The position numbers and the translations under genes are program-made. Positions 12,481 to 25,120 of a stretch of DNA of 64,000 nucleotides are shown piece after piece. The stretch is from Anthoceros angustus (taxonomy: Eukaryota; Plantae; Anthocerotophyta): the NCBI GenBank assembly GCA_010909165.1, contig MU008163.1:1054001-1118000 (forward strand), given 5' to 3'. The notes beneath the pieces were generated by a model. That model saw only the letters and a list, made by a program, of their open reading frames with translations. It was not told where the DNA came from and ran no database searches. Position 1 is the stretch's first letter; the number at the start of each line of letters is the position of its first letter.

Positions 12481-13490
12481 CAACAACAACAACAACTTTA
12501 TTTATGTCCACTAAGGGTGGAAGAACCATCATGGGACAGAGATAGTACAGCGTAAAAGAGGTTAAAAAACCGAGTACACTTACGTACGTCTGAACTAGAG
12601 AAGCAATACATGTGAGGCAGAAAAGAAGGCGAAGACTAGGAGTCCAACAAGGACTGCCGAAGATCAAGAAGCTCAGAGAGACATAGTCCAGAGAGCCTAG
12701 GAATGTGGAAAGAGAAAAATCTGCGCAGCGAGAAGCCGGCACACTAAAAAAGAAGAGAATAACGAGATCGAATATCGGCATAGGCGGGACAATAAAAGAG
12801 GAAGTGTGATTGAGATTCAGGATCCAAGGAGCAAAGCTTGCAGATCCTATCGTCTTGGGGAGGGGTAGGCTTGAGCCAACGGTCGGTCTCAATCCGGAGG
12901 TGGTGGGAGCTAACACGAAATTGACCTATGAGTGTGCTGGAGTTTGAAGGAAAGGGGAGGCGAGGTAGCAGGCGGGGTAGGAAATTTACGGAGGAGGATT
13001 AACTCGGAGCTCGTCTTTGTAAGCGGAGTCTAGAAGTGAGAGAGGAAGAGGGGACGGTGAGGCGAAAGTATCTTAATTTAAGGGCCTATGAGTGGTTGGG
13101 GGATGTGAGAAAGGGAGTTGGGAGGAGAGGGCCAAGCGAGTCGAAAAGGTTCAAACTCGAATCTTCTAAGCCGGTTGGCGGCTTGAGAAAGCCAAAAAAG
13201 CTTGTGGGTGGGTATTGAGCGGAGGCGGAGGACTTAAAGGCAAGGAGGAGGTAAGGGGATCCAAAATGGGATTAGCAATATCAAGGAGGTGGAGGCGGTA
13301 AAGAAAGGATGAGAGGCGAAAAATGCCATCAAGTTCGAGGGAAAGGCGCAAATTCGAGAAAGGAGGATGGGTAATGGAGTGAGCGCTTACAAGCAATGTG
13401 AGCGGAGAAAGGAAGATTGAACCCTTTCCACCTTCGCCCAAGAAGAAGGGGAAAGATCTGGGCCCCAAATTTCAGCGCCATACAAGGCGG
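12481..13490 (-). mobile_element. 5'-truncated non-LTR retrotransposon (LINE, RTE-like) 3' end
   Basis: Minus frame reads FRVSSHHLRIETDRWLKPTPPQDDRICKLCSLDPESQSHFLFYCPAYADIR (C-terminal CCHC finger of ORF2); ends in AATAAA followed by (GTT)5 at 12481-12502. 5' boundary approximate. Confidence 0.8.
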
Positions 13491-15138
13491 AGGGAATTAC
13501 CATAGTGTTGAACACCTGCTTCCGAAGATTGATATCCTGAAGATTCACTACTACAAAACATATGGCTTTTTAATGCAAAATATAATGTAACAATGACGCA
13601 TAGTGGCATGGAATCACGTGTGGTCCTTTTAGCCAAAGCGTTATAAAATACATTATAATGAACTCGATATTCCTTACTTTTTAACGTGGCAACCTTACCG
13701 GTTGCCATGGAATGTCCGGTGGCCGGGTGGTGGGCAAGTTATCCGGTGCAGCCCCGGTATGCCTATAACCGGGTATGGTATGGGCGGCCAGCGGACGGGT
13801 CCCCAGTTGCCACCGTCGCCCCGTTCGTGGGCCCGTTGTGCGGTTCGTGCCGGGCACCGGTCTGGCCCGACCCGTCATAGAATCTCGGGTCACCGGGCCA
13901 GACCCGTTTTCCCTCTTCCCCGCTGGCGGTTGAATTCAAAAACTGGCTTCTTGGTAAGAGCGTATTTGACTGTCCTGGTTTGACCGTCCAACAACATGAT
14001 GTCAGGCGGCTGTTCATTGGTGCGCAAACACACTCCATGATGGTCCTTGATTGGTGAAATAGATCTAAAAATGGTGGATGTTCATTGGTGACTGCACAGT
14101 CAATTCTGATTGGCGTTCTGATAATACCCTAGTTGGCTTTACACCGCGAAAACCATGCCCTTCACGCTTCAAGACTGTACTGATTGAATGTGTCTGACAA
14201 TGCTTTCAACCGGATTTGAAATTTGAACGGGTTTCTACAAGCTCATTTATGCATTGATTAAACTATAATATTTGTTAGTCGTAATTAATAATTACATGAA
14301 ATCGTGATTACGGTAAAACCGTACGCGCACTAATCCACGCTCACTAGTTCTATGCATGCGAAGCGAAATGGTGGCTCGCCCCTTCGACCTCTTCATGCGG
14401 CCCCGCCTCCTTCCTCCCATCACGCTTGCGCCGACTTTGGTTACCTCCTTCCAAGCGGCGAACAGGTGGTGCATTGGCCCGTCCCTGGTCATTGACATCC
14501 CCCTTTCAGAAACAGTATGTTGACATGGATGGCAGAGCGCAAACAGTTTTAAATTACGCTCAAGTTCTAACGAATGGACAGAACAGAAGTGCTAGCATGT
14601 CGTCACTCCTTACTTCCTCCGGTCTTTCAGTATCGATGCCCCTCGCATTCGGCAAGGGGAATCAAGCATCGACCGCATGCCCCAAACTAGATATCAGATA
14701 TTGCAGCCTCAAAAATACTAAGCTTCTCCACGACTTCATAGTGACACAGAAATTAAAACTGCGCATATGATGGTCTGTACTCAACGCCATGCTCAATTGA
14801 TTTTTTCGCCTCGGAGGCGAAATCTTGTGAAGGGGGTTAATATCCGAACCCCCTTCCGTGAAATGAAAACCCCCTTAGCACAATTCACACAGTCCCGAAA
14901 TACGCGTTTTGGCTCTTTTTTAAAAACGGACGACCATGTTCCAACGAGTAGGAATTGAGAAAAACTCTTATCGCACAACAAAGACATGAAAAGCAGAGGG
15001 CGACCGGCCGGCGCCTTTTCATTGATTCTTTGGAACATGGGAATCAAGACATCAATTGCCTCAATGCAACGGGTCCATAAGTGATTGCGAACTAAGCGGC
15101 GGATGCACGCATGAGATCACTAAGCCTACTCCCTACGG

Positions 15139-18100
15139 CTAACTTGGGACTCGTCCGGGGTAGAGCAAACTCGAATCCATCACAATAGCAGTTGAATCGC
15201 TCCACTTCCTCTTCATCGAAGCTGTCGTTCTCCCCAAGGCCCTAGTGTCTTCGTTTAGTCTTGTCTCGTCGTCGTCAGGGGTCGTGGAAGGCTGCCAAAC
15301 GCTATCCAAGGATTGCTGTCCCTCTGTCAAAAGTGCTCCAGTTTTGGTCTTCAGCCTTACGCTTAAGGAAACAACCTGAGCTTGCAGGGAGTCCTTCTCG
15401 CTGATACACACCTCCTTTGCCCAGAATTGCGCAAGTCCTCTGCGGTGGGCGTCAAATGTCGATTCTTCTTGACATCGTAACCTCATGCCCGAAATCCTTT
15501 GTGCAATATATCCTGCACACCTCAAGTCAGCTTCTATAGCAATACAATTCCGTCCGCATAGTAGAGCCGCCAGTAACGTTGTCCCACTCCCGGGCATACA
15601 TCCAAAACCCAATCTCTCGAGAAGGTTCGGATAAGTTCATCATAAGGCCCGGAGGCCTCGGTATGGGCAAACCACCGCCTTGTCGTGGGACATGTACACT
15701 GTTTCTTCACAACCGTATCGTGAGCGATCACGACCTCCCATTGTTGAAAGTGCCGTGCATGGCATTGGGCATCATTGGAACTCTATCCCTGTGAACCCAT
15801 CTTTCATTCCCCAACCCACCGTGACATATTCCACGGTTTGAACCCACCTCATTGTTCATGTTGGTCTTGTCCCATACAAATGAGACCAAGCCCCTTTCTT
15901 GCACCACCTTCGCATGGACTCCCCGACGGTGTGAGCCTCCTCCACACCATGCATGACAATCATTCTCAACTCATCGGAAGTTGTTTTCTCCGCAAAAGCT
16001 CGCAAAGGTGTCCATCATCTGCTTGTCAACACGTTTGTCCAAGGGCCCAATTTGAAACCCCCTTGGAACGTCCATCACCAGAAGTGTGTACTGGCGTCCT
16101 CTCAGAAATCCACGCATGTCTGCCAAATCTCGGCTTTCCACTTGGTACTGCACTTGTTTATCCGAGGAGGGCACACTGAACACCTCCAGTCCCTCCTCAA
16201 GGTCCTTGTCCGCTAAAGCACGCTGCTCGTCCTCCAGCCCTTTCCAATTGTTCACCTCAAAAATAAAATGCTGAAAGGCATCTGGAAGTTTGGACAAGAC
16301 CTCAATGTCCTTCAGTTGCTGCGAACCACAAGTTTGTTAGTCCAAAGTGGGAAAGAACCGAATGGAGGGCGCCGGCCGGCCGGCGCCCTCCATGACCTTG
16401 CGTACAGGCATGGACAAGAAACTCACCTTTCCAGCAAAAGCAGTTTGAAACCGCGACAGCATCTGGTCTGTGGAATGCAACGGATATTCCTCTCGGACCT
16501 CCTCAAATGAAGAGCACCCCAGGTGCTTGACCATCGCCACTTGTATGACATGAAACTTCTTCCGCAGCGTGATCTCCTCATCCATGCCCTTCAAATCAAT
16601 CAGGCCAGTTAACACCTTTTCTGTCGCTGTCACCAGAATTTGCTGCCCGCACTCTCCAGTATGCCTTGGAACGATTTCCATGGCTTTGCCAACATGTCCT
16701 TGACTTCGTACACTCCATTTGCTTCGCCTCTCAACTGCTTCCCTTTCCCTTTCTTGCTTGTTCGGTAGATGCTTCCGCTCCGGAGTTCTCCAGCCTCCCA
16801 CTTGAAAATGGAGTCCACATTGGCCCATACCTTTCCTTCACCTTGGCAATGCATAAAATGTGTGCGGTTATCCACTTTGTTACGCTTATACACATCGTCT
16901 TGGCGCCCTTCATCATCCTCAATCGCCCAAGCACCTTATGATTGTACTTCCATGCCATTGTCATCTGCTCCTTCTCGTTTGCTATCAAAGCTCATCTCTT
17001 AAGTATCGGACGCTCAATGAAGTTCATCTTCTTCCGCTTTGTCCCATAGTGTTGTGTGATGGCAAGGACTCGCATTTACGGTATAGTAAGCCCGCAATAG
17101 ACATGCGCTTCAACATTGGAACCTCTTCTTCCGGTGATATATCGCATAGATGTTTCATGGTTGCATAAGTGTGGTTCCCACCAAGAACCCCATAACATAT
17201 TTTTTCGCCCGCCATCTCTTCCATCCAACTTCGAGGTCATTGCACTCACTTGGATCAATCATACATAATAGTGGCATACACCTCCTCTATCCTCCCTTGA
17301 AATAACTCGGCGGATAATTGGCCCATGCCTCTCAACCCTGCGAATCTGCGCATCCGGCGTAATATGCGAAGCTGGTCGTAAGTTCTCCAATTTCACTAGC
17401 ACTGTCTCCATGACAACCTTCTTTCCGTGTGAATCCCTTAGGCGAGTGAGGGGTGCATCCATCGCGTCGCAGCGTTCTTCATCTGTCAAAATATGCACAT
17501 TGGGAATGGCACCAAACACTTCCTCTTGTGCCGACGCCCTTTTTGATTTCTTTTTCTTCCTCCTCCTCCGTGCTTCCACTGCCGGGTTTCTTCGCACCTC
17601 GGAATCCAACACCGCAGCAGGCGCTTGCCTTGAGCGCCTCGGTCGTCTCTATCTCCTATGGCGAGGCGCGGCCGGCCGGCCGGCGCCTCTTCCTCCGTCC
17701 ATACCGTGTCCCCGCACCCACTTCCTCCTCTGTGCCTCCAACGTCAGCACCTCTTCCACTGCGGTCCAGTGGAAGGGCTCTTGTGGATGGAGGTATGCGG
17801 CGCCCGGCCGGCCGGCGCCCGCTATCTCCTTCCAGGCCCGGATAAACCGGTTGGGATCCGGAGTGGCCAAGTCCGAGCCCCACTCTTCGCCTGCGGCGCC
17901 GGGCCACGGCCGCCTCCCCGGCATTCACTACATCGTGTGCACACTCATAGATGGCCCATGCTGCCGGGTAAAATTGCCGCATCCCTATGTTCGTCCCTCC
18001 CCGAGACTTCATCGGAATGTCCCACGTCAGAATCGGGCCCTCTTCCTCATCGGATGGGCCAAGTTCGCTCTGGGCTGTTGCTCGCACCGCCTCTTCAACC

Positions 18101-18978
18101 ATTCTTTGATGTGCTGCGCACCCTTCTCATCGGCTCTCTCCTATGATCAATGACCGTGCTTATCTTCCCACAGATTGCCCTTATAAGGGCCATTCCTACC
18201 AAAGGTGGGCGGAAAACAAACAAACAAGTTGAATGTTAGTCATCAAAGTCGGAGGGTTTCGCATGTCGTTGTTGGAAACTTACGTGTCGGCATGCATTCA
18301 TGAACTCTTCCACTATTCGAGGTGCACATTTTTGGCGTTGAATCCTTGGAGGCCGAGAACATAAGACCTGTAAACTCGGGGTCTGGATGACGGCATCGAA
18401 CTCGTATGGCACTGGTGGTGCACAATAGCGTGAACTCCGGCTCCCCTCGTTCATGTCCATGTTTGCCCAGACACCCTTGCTCTACGATTTAAAGCCCCGA
18501 TACCCCATTATCCGTAGTTTGAGCAAGGGGTCCATGCCGTTTTCAACCTCCGGTGCGGATCACGGACTAGCATCCAATCCTTCTCCACAATGACAGTAGG
18601 GTCAATCTGGCCACCCAGTCTGCGGATGTGCACGGTCTCCTCATAGCTGAATGGCGACGGAATTGGTGCATGCACCGGATGCTTTGAAGCCTTGCCTCCT
18701 TCCTTCCTATCTCCTTGCCCGCCAGCTGCCTTTGTTCTGCTTGTTTTCCCCGAAGACATGCTCCCGGATTTTGCTTGCCCAGCAGAGGCTATATGGCCCC
18801 CCACACCTCCAGAATGTGCGGCATGCCCTCCCAAACTTCCTTCCACAGCCTTCCTCTCGGCGCGGAACCTCGTCTTGCGATTTAGCGGATGTCTTCGTCG
18901 AATCGCTTTGCCTTCTTCTGCCGCCGCGGCCGGAGGATCGCAAGCCGAGTCCTTCTTGCTCCGCCTTCCGCTCGCCAT
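15139..18978 (-). CDS. Multi-exon gene: N-terminal basic region + ParB-like (GGNH) domain + beta-class N4/N6 DNA methyltransferase (frameshifted as sequenced), copy A
   Basis: Minus-strand order: QIRRV..YGVLGGNHT (~17190); GT-AG intron 16426-16319 with CTAAC branch point; LLVMDVPxG (motif IV-like); SFVWDK; PPGLMM.LIRTFS; DWVLD..GSGTTLLAALLCGRNCIAIE (motif I). Catalytic motif before SAM-binding motif matches the N6_N4_Mtase fold. Linkage of the 5'-most exon (18978-~18282) is inferred. Confidence 0.8.
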
Positions 18979-20389
18979 CTTTAAGAATGAACCCCGCAGA
19001 TCACAAGACATCAAATTTGGAAGGCGCAAACAATTGTTTCACATGGAAGTAGAACGAACCTCACTCGCACACCCCGCCGATTGATGCACCTGAGGAATGC
19101 CCGGCTCCTGTCTCCCCAACCCCGAGCGCGCCCGTGATAGCCGCAATCCCAGGCCAAGGGAGGATTCGTGGAATTGTGGACGGACACCTCCTCCAAATCG
19201 GGCAACACCGCCAGCAAGACGCCCTCACTTCTCCTCAAGTGGAAGTGCGCAACGCTCCACCGTGACGGCAAGTGGCAAGAGAAAACAAATAGTAATTAGG
19301 GTTTCCTCCCAACTGGTATTTATAGCCCAAAAACATGCTCAGATTAACTTATGCCATATATCCATATACCCCATATAAACCACGGATATGAACCATAACC
19401 CTATTGACTTGGGTGGTGGTAGGCACACTCAATGTGGACAATAAAAGCGGAGGACGGCGCGATATGCCGTTAGATATCCGTATCGAACTCCATCATGTTG
19501 TCGTTATTACGGAGGAACATAATATCCTACCCATCTATGCGCGACGCCTATCCATAAAGACAATGGCCATCTTCACCATTTTCGCCATCGGAGGTCTCTT
19601 CCAAGACCGCCGCGATGTGGTTTCAACGACGCGGGCGAGTGTGGTTTCAATCGACGCTTCTACAAGTTGTGCGATACCATGTTGCGCCTCACCCACACAC
19701 CTAGCGAAGAGGTTTGAGTTCGCCCTTTTGGAAGGATTACTTGGTTTTCACCCCTATCTTGTTTTCGGATTCGAGTTCGCTTAGTGCATCCGGTTGCGGG
19801 ATGAACAATGGGAAGAAGGTTTCTCTTCACAATGTCAGCGTGTTTCCCGTAAAGTTGGAGAAGTGAGTAGACCTGTTGAACAGGCCACCACGTCACCTGA
19901 ACCTGGGCATCCCCGTCGAGTGCGTTTTGCCATTCCCGAAAGACGTGTTGATAATGAAGGTTGACGATGATTTTTTCCATATGGGAACTGGGACGCTAGT
20001 GTATCACCGTTGTGGGATTTTGATGCATTCTTCCGATATTGTTGTTCCAGACACGCGCCAAGACGCCGCCTCCGCCGCCCTGGGTGTTCCTCCAACACCT
20101 AGGAATTTGCATCGGTATGTCGCTGGAGGAAGCCCATCCAACCGACGCTCAAGCTTCCCGAATGGCGTGGCGTTCTCCCAGATACATCGACGCCGTGGTT
20201 TGTTTCTGCGGAGGCTGATTGCGTCCGCTCACCGGTTGAGGAAGGTCCCATTGGCGACAATGAAGATTCGAGCGTGTTTCGCCACCGATGCATGTCGTTC
20301 CTTCCATCCCAAGCCTTTGAGTGAGTCTCAAGGCTCCAACAAGGCGATTGTTATATCACGCAAGAAGAGAAGCTGGAGTGTCCAAAAAG

Positions 20390-23050
20390 CGAAGGGATAC
20401 AATGATGATTTCAAGAAGCCTTGTTGCATAAAAATGTGTTTGCTTGGGGAAAGCGCGATTTCAAGAGCAACGGTATTTCTTCGCATGGGGAGACAGAGCA
20501 GGAGACATATCTCAGCCTCTTGTTCACCCATGGATCCCGAGGTGATAGGGCGAAAGTGGTGACACATGTCATGGGGCGACTCTGCGCTTTGAAGGCTTTA
20601 GAAGAGTACATTGTCTTGGCCACAGGAGGTATGAGGAGCTAAAGAGCAGAGTCATTCGGGAATCACCTTGGGATGGATTTGAACCAAACCCGAAGGCACA
20701 GTCGACGTATGCGATGGATGCCCTTTCGTGGATGGACAACGCCTTCACGTTTATGGCCGAGCGGCTGCCAAACTTGGATGTTTTTAATCTGCCCGACACG
20801 TATACAAAGTTGGAAATATGGACCTTGTACAAGCGTCAGTGCGAAAACTCTAACACTCGCTACGTCAAGTACCCATGGTTCTTGAAATTGTGGAGAAGCA
20901 ACTTCCCAACAAGAAATCAAGTCCAACAGTTTTCAACATGCTCGCTGTGTCTCGAAGAGCACTATCGAACACAATGCACAAGGAAGATCAAGGTAATTTG
21001 CACCAATGTGTCCTCCATGAGGTTGTTCACCGCTTGGATTTGCTTGACTACCCGATGGAGCGGATGTGCTCTTCCAATACCACTGTTCTCATATGAGATG
21101 CATGTACGCATGTTCTACAATGTTTGTGTTTGGTTTCCAAACGGTGCGCTCAACAGCTGCGCGCGCCCGGTATTTAGTGGTTTCCACCACGGAAGCCGCT
21201 TGCTCACTCCCTCCCAATCGAGAGGCAAGAGCCGGCCGCCTTCCCAAATCCGAAATGTAACGGGGGCGTGCGCCCGGCCCAAATCGGGAACGAAGCGAGA
21301 TTGTGGGCGCCTCGGCCGCCCCCCGCCCCACTTTATCCGCCATGTATCCCCATTTGGATGAGCGTCGCAAATAAGCATTCTGCATGTGAAGAAGTTTCCT
21401 GTCGGCGATGTCTGCTCATTTGGAGGGCCTAACGGATGCCGTTTTGAGGATTTTGATATTTCGACTAGGACATTTGTTTGTGGCAGAGAAATTTCAGTGC
21501 TTTGGAAGCACACCGCGTGCGCCCACCGGAGCGGGAGAAAATGTCCAAACACAGAGCAAGAGCTATGTGGAGCCACATAAGTATATGCTACTATCCATAG
21601 ATGGAATGGACCAAAAAGACAGATTCCTCATCTTCTCCGGTACGAAAAACCTCGAGAGGAGTGTCGATTTCACCACGTGGTTGGGTGTATGATTCACAAC
21701 TACACGCAAGCGAGAGCCTATTTGCATTATGCGAATTTAACGACGCAACTGACGATCACCATCATTCGTGACGTTATACATAATTACGAGGGGTCCGCCA
21801 AGAGTTTTGTATCCAATGGACAACACATGGGGAGAACAAGAACCAGCTTTTGCATATCCGAACATGCTTGTTGATATGGGTACTTTTGAAAAAGTGAAAG
21901 TGGGATTCCTTTTGGTCGGGCATACGCATGATCAAATCGACGGATGTTTTCTTGCTTCTCCAAAAGCTTGAGACATAAAGAGGCTCACACCCCCGCATTG
22001 TCGAGATCTTGATGCATGTACACTCCGTGAGGTAAAGATATTGAGTGGCGACTTTCGGTCATATGTGTGGCCTATTAGACAAGGCCGAGAGGCCTCACTT
22101 ATGGGCGGTAAAGAGATTGAACAACTTATCGTTCCAGCACCAATTTAAAATAACCCGTGAAGAGAAAGCGGACCGCGGTTCGTGATTGCTATCGGAGCAA
22201 GATTCCACCTCGCCACAATGGGAAGCGGAAGGGGTTTGAGTTTGAAATTTGTCCTTCCGACACTATAACAATTTCACCTCACCGCGGTCAAGGGATAAAA
22301 AGGAACACAGTGACATTATCACCAATCGCAGCTGCCCATCTTAAGGATGGTCTTTCGAACTTAGGCCTTATGTGACATCACAGGAGTTTTTATGGTGGGA
22401 AGCTTTCTGGTTGGACCAAGAGAAGATTGTGTTATTGTGCAAAACAACATTGGCCTTGTGCTACGTAATCCTTGGAAATGGTACTCAAGATCGGAAGTGG
22501 ATGCAAACCTCTCCATGTTCCGGATGTGGCGTCTTTGGAGGAGGCATTGCTAAGGGACCTCCACAACGAGATATGTATTTGGGAGCATACCAAACACGGG
22601 AGGCAACAGAAATGGAACGGTGGAATGGTGATATCGCGGAAATAAAGGCAGGGATGTTTGTTGCGCCGCGACACGATACGCATAATGCACTTTTGGATTG
22701 GCAAGGTAATCTTGCTCAATTGCATTCGCCACTTCCTTGTTCATTGGTACGTAATCAACATACGAGATGCATAAGGAAGGTACGTGAAGAATATCTTAAT
22801 CGGAGGGATGCCACGAGCTGCGAGCAATGCGGAAAAGGGGAGCGAAATCCATCCATCAAAAATATCCAAAAGGTTTTTGTTCACGAAACTGTCATCCTCT
22901 ATTATGGGTTCACATTGACTACGGAGACACTTGTACTGTAGATAAGAAGGCAATCAAAGAGAAGTTCATTGCGTTGCGAGGCTTCATTCAACCAGTGAAA
23001 GTCCCACCGAGGATAGTGAAGATGATGGTCATGATGCCGGACCAAGATGA
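20390..23050 (+). CDS. DUF7869-type RNase H-fold DDE/D transposase (Sola/Chapaev-like), copy A, frameshifted
   Basis: KPCCIKMC; FLKLWRSNFP..FSTCSLC; YMLLSIDGMDQK; VLY..DNTWGE; MLVDMGTFEKVKVGFLLVGHTHDQID; probable intron ~21.1-21.5 kb. Ends approximate. Confidence 0.78.
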
Positions 23051-25039
23051 TGGAGTGCCCGAGAAGAGTAGAAAGCCCTCTCGAATGTTGTGTCATCTTG
23101 CATGGGATCTTGGGAGGCTATGTGCTCCGTGTTGCTCGAAGACATATGTCTCAAAAGAGTGTAGGCCCATGATAGAATATTGGTTGTGCTGCCTCAGTAT
23201 ACCTCAGTAGACTTCACATGCTATAGAATTTTCGATGTGCAAGCCATTTCCACTGAAGCGGGGACATGGAGGAAGTATGGTGTAGTTAATGGCTTGGCAT
23301 TTAAGCATATGGCGTAACACATGTGTAGCCCGCCGGCATGTTTGTGTGCGATGACACGGAACTGGGCGCCACGTGTATGCCGATTGTAGTCTTTGGGTTT
23401 TAACAATGTGATTATATTCTTGGGCTCAATTTATGGTGTGCTGAAGCCACCCACTCACCCCACACATATAGTCTTTGTGTACACACACGAGCAAAGGCTG
23501 CTACTACCCCTTTCCCAATAGGTCGAGCCGTAGAACAGGGCCCCGGCGCGCCCTACTCCTCAAACATCCTTGGCCCCCCATCAGGGTTCAGCTCATCCAC
23601 GATCACCGTCCTTTTATGAATGTTAAGGGTGTTTTGGCTAGGAAGACCAGAAGGCGTGTGAATGGTCCTTCACATGGGTCTTATATGCACCCAAAATAGG
23701 GTTACCTCTTGCACCTTAACCCCTTCACCGGCAAGAAATGAACCTCATGTCAATGCTTCACACGAAAGTTCACCCTTCTTTTCTGCCCTATATTCATTCA
23801 TACCTCTATAACCACGAGTTGCGGACCCATGTCAAACCCCCTTCAGGGGATATTTCCCTTGAAACCCCCTTCCTGAATATTCACCCCCTTCACAAGATAT
23901 TGTGTTCTCCCCAACCCCAAGCAAGATTGCCTACCTTTCCTCTCATCGCACTCCGTGTGATCCGCTTGTTAGGATCTGGTGGTGGAGGAGATGGAGTCTG
24001 TCGTGTGTCCAACTCCCTCGCAGCACCTAGTTCGTCATCTGAATGGGAAGCCACTATCTCCGAAGGCGCACCTGCAAGTCCAATGAGTAGACTCTGATGC
24101 ATGAGCACATAGGCGAGCCAACGGATTGCATTAAACATGAAACGGTGATTGCTTACTTCATACCTTCCTTCGCTAGAGAGGCCGGAAAGCTTCAATGTCT
24201 TCCATTCCATGCTCCTTGCCTTCTTCAAGTGTGGGCATCTTGTGGAACTTGTGGTAAAAACTTCTTGAAGTCCGTGGCCCCCTCGTCCATAGGGGTTGCA
24301 CCGCACCTTCATACTTAGCCACCCGGCCTGCTGCCTTCATTTGTTGTGCCCTTGGCCACTCACCGTTGTTTTGATCAAGCACTGCACCGAATTGATTTCG
24401 CACCACGCCTCTTTGGACACATTACCTAGGCGCAAATGTTTTTCAGAATCACCACGTCTCGAAATCTGCATAACTTCACCGGGCTAGTGAATGAATTTTT
24501 GGTCGAGACCTGGGAGAATTGCTTGTTGATGAAATCTCGGTTAGTAGCTGGGAAAACTCTCACGAATGATGTCAACGAGTTACGTGCGCAGCTCCTTGAA
24601 TGCTCGACCATGGTTTCAGAAAGTCACGTGTGTGCACTAGCTCAGACTCGTTTAAAGCAGGGGCCTTGCTCCATGTACCAACTTCCCAAACATATCATCC
24701 CTAGCTACTTTACGGGCATGTCGCATCCTCACTACACACCGTCGCCTCCGCCAAAACCGTGGCCCTCCCATGCAATTTCACACAAGTCTGAGCACATCTT
24801 CAAGGTGTGCACTGCGGAGGACCTCCTGCTGTGGTGTGTGCACTCTCCCCTCTCCCGCCTCACCTCGCCATTAGGGAGGAACGTTGCTTCCACATGTTCA
24901 AATGTCCTGGCTCAAACCGCATGCCCATAGCTCCCTCACTGACCAAACCATCCAACCTTGGTGTCATGGCACCTTCATTCGTCTCTGCGTGTGCCTTGAC
25001 CCGCATGGACCGCAATCATCGAGGTGCACCCGACCCTCC

Positions 25040-25120
25040 TGTGATTCTCCACCCATGATAGGAGCCCTCCTCCGATCTCCACCCACTGATAGGAGCCCTC
25101 CTCCGATCTCCACCCACTCA
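25040..25120. repeat. ~31-bp tandem repeat (TGATAGGAGCCCTCCTCCGATCTCCACCCAC), ~2.5 copies
   Basis: Direct observation. Confidence 0.85.

Larger units (their letters stand above)
14814..23906. mobile_element. Copy A: TIR DNA transposon with DUF7869-type transposase and ParB-like/N4-N6 DNA methyltransferase gene
   Basis: ATCTTGTGAAGGGGGTTAATAT (14822-14843) is the inverted match of ATATTCACCCCCTTCACAAGAT (23877-23898); right end ...ATATTGTGTT at 23906; ACCCCCTTC subterminal motifs at both ends; outermost left bases degenerate. Confidence 0.8.

Noticed and set aside
16040-16090. Calling the enzyme specifically a 4mC (DN4MT1-like) methyltransferase
   Set aside because: Motif IV is DVPx rather than SPPY and is affected by errors; specificity and orthology need phylogeny and assay.
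15139-16300. Bacterial contamination or a restriction-modification system
   Set aside because: The MTase gene has a conserved spliceosomal intron, lies inside TIR/TSD-bounded elements among plant TEs, and has no recognisable endonuclease partner.
14258-23438. Alternative TIR pair for copy A (ACTATAATATTTG at 14262; TTATGGTG at 23438)
   Set aside because: Short, weak matches; the 14822/23898 pair is a much better inverted match and agrees with copies B and C.
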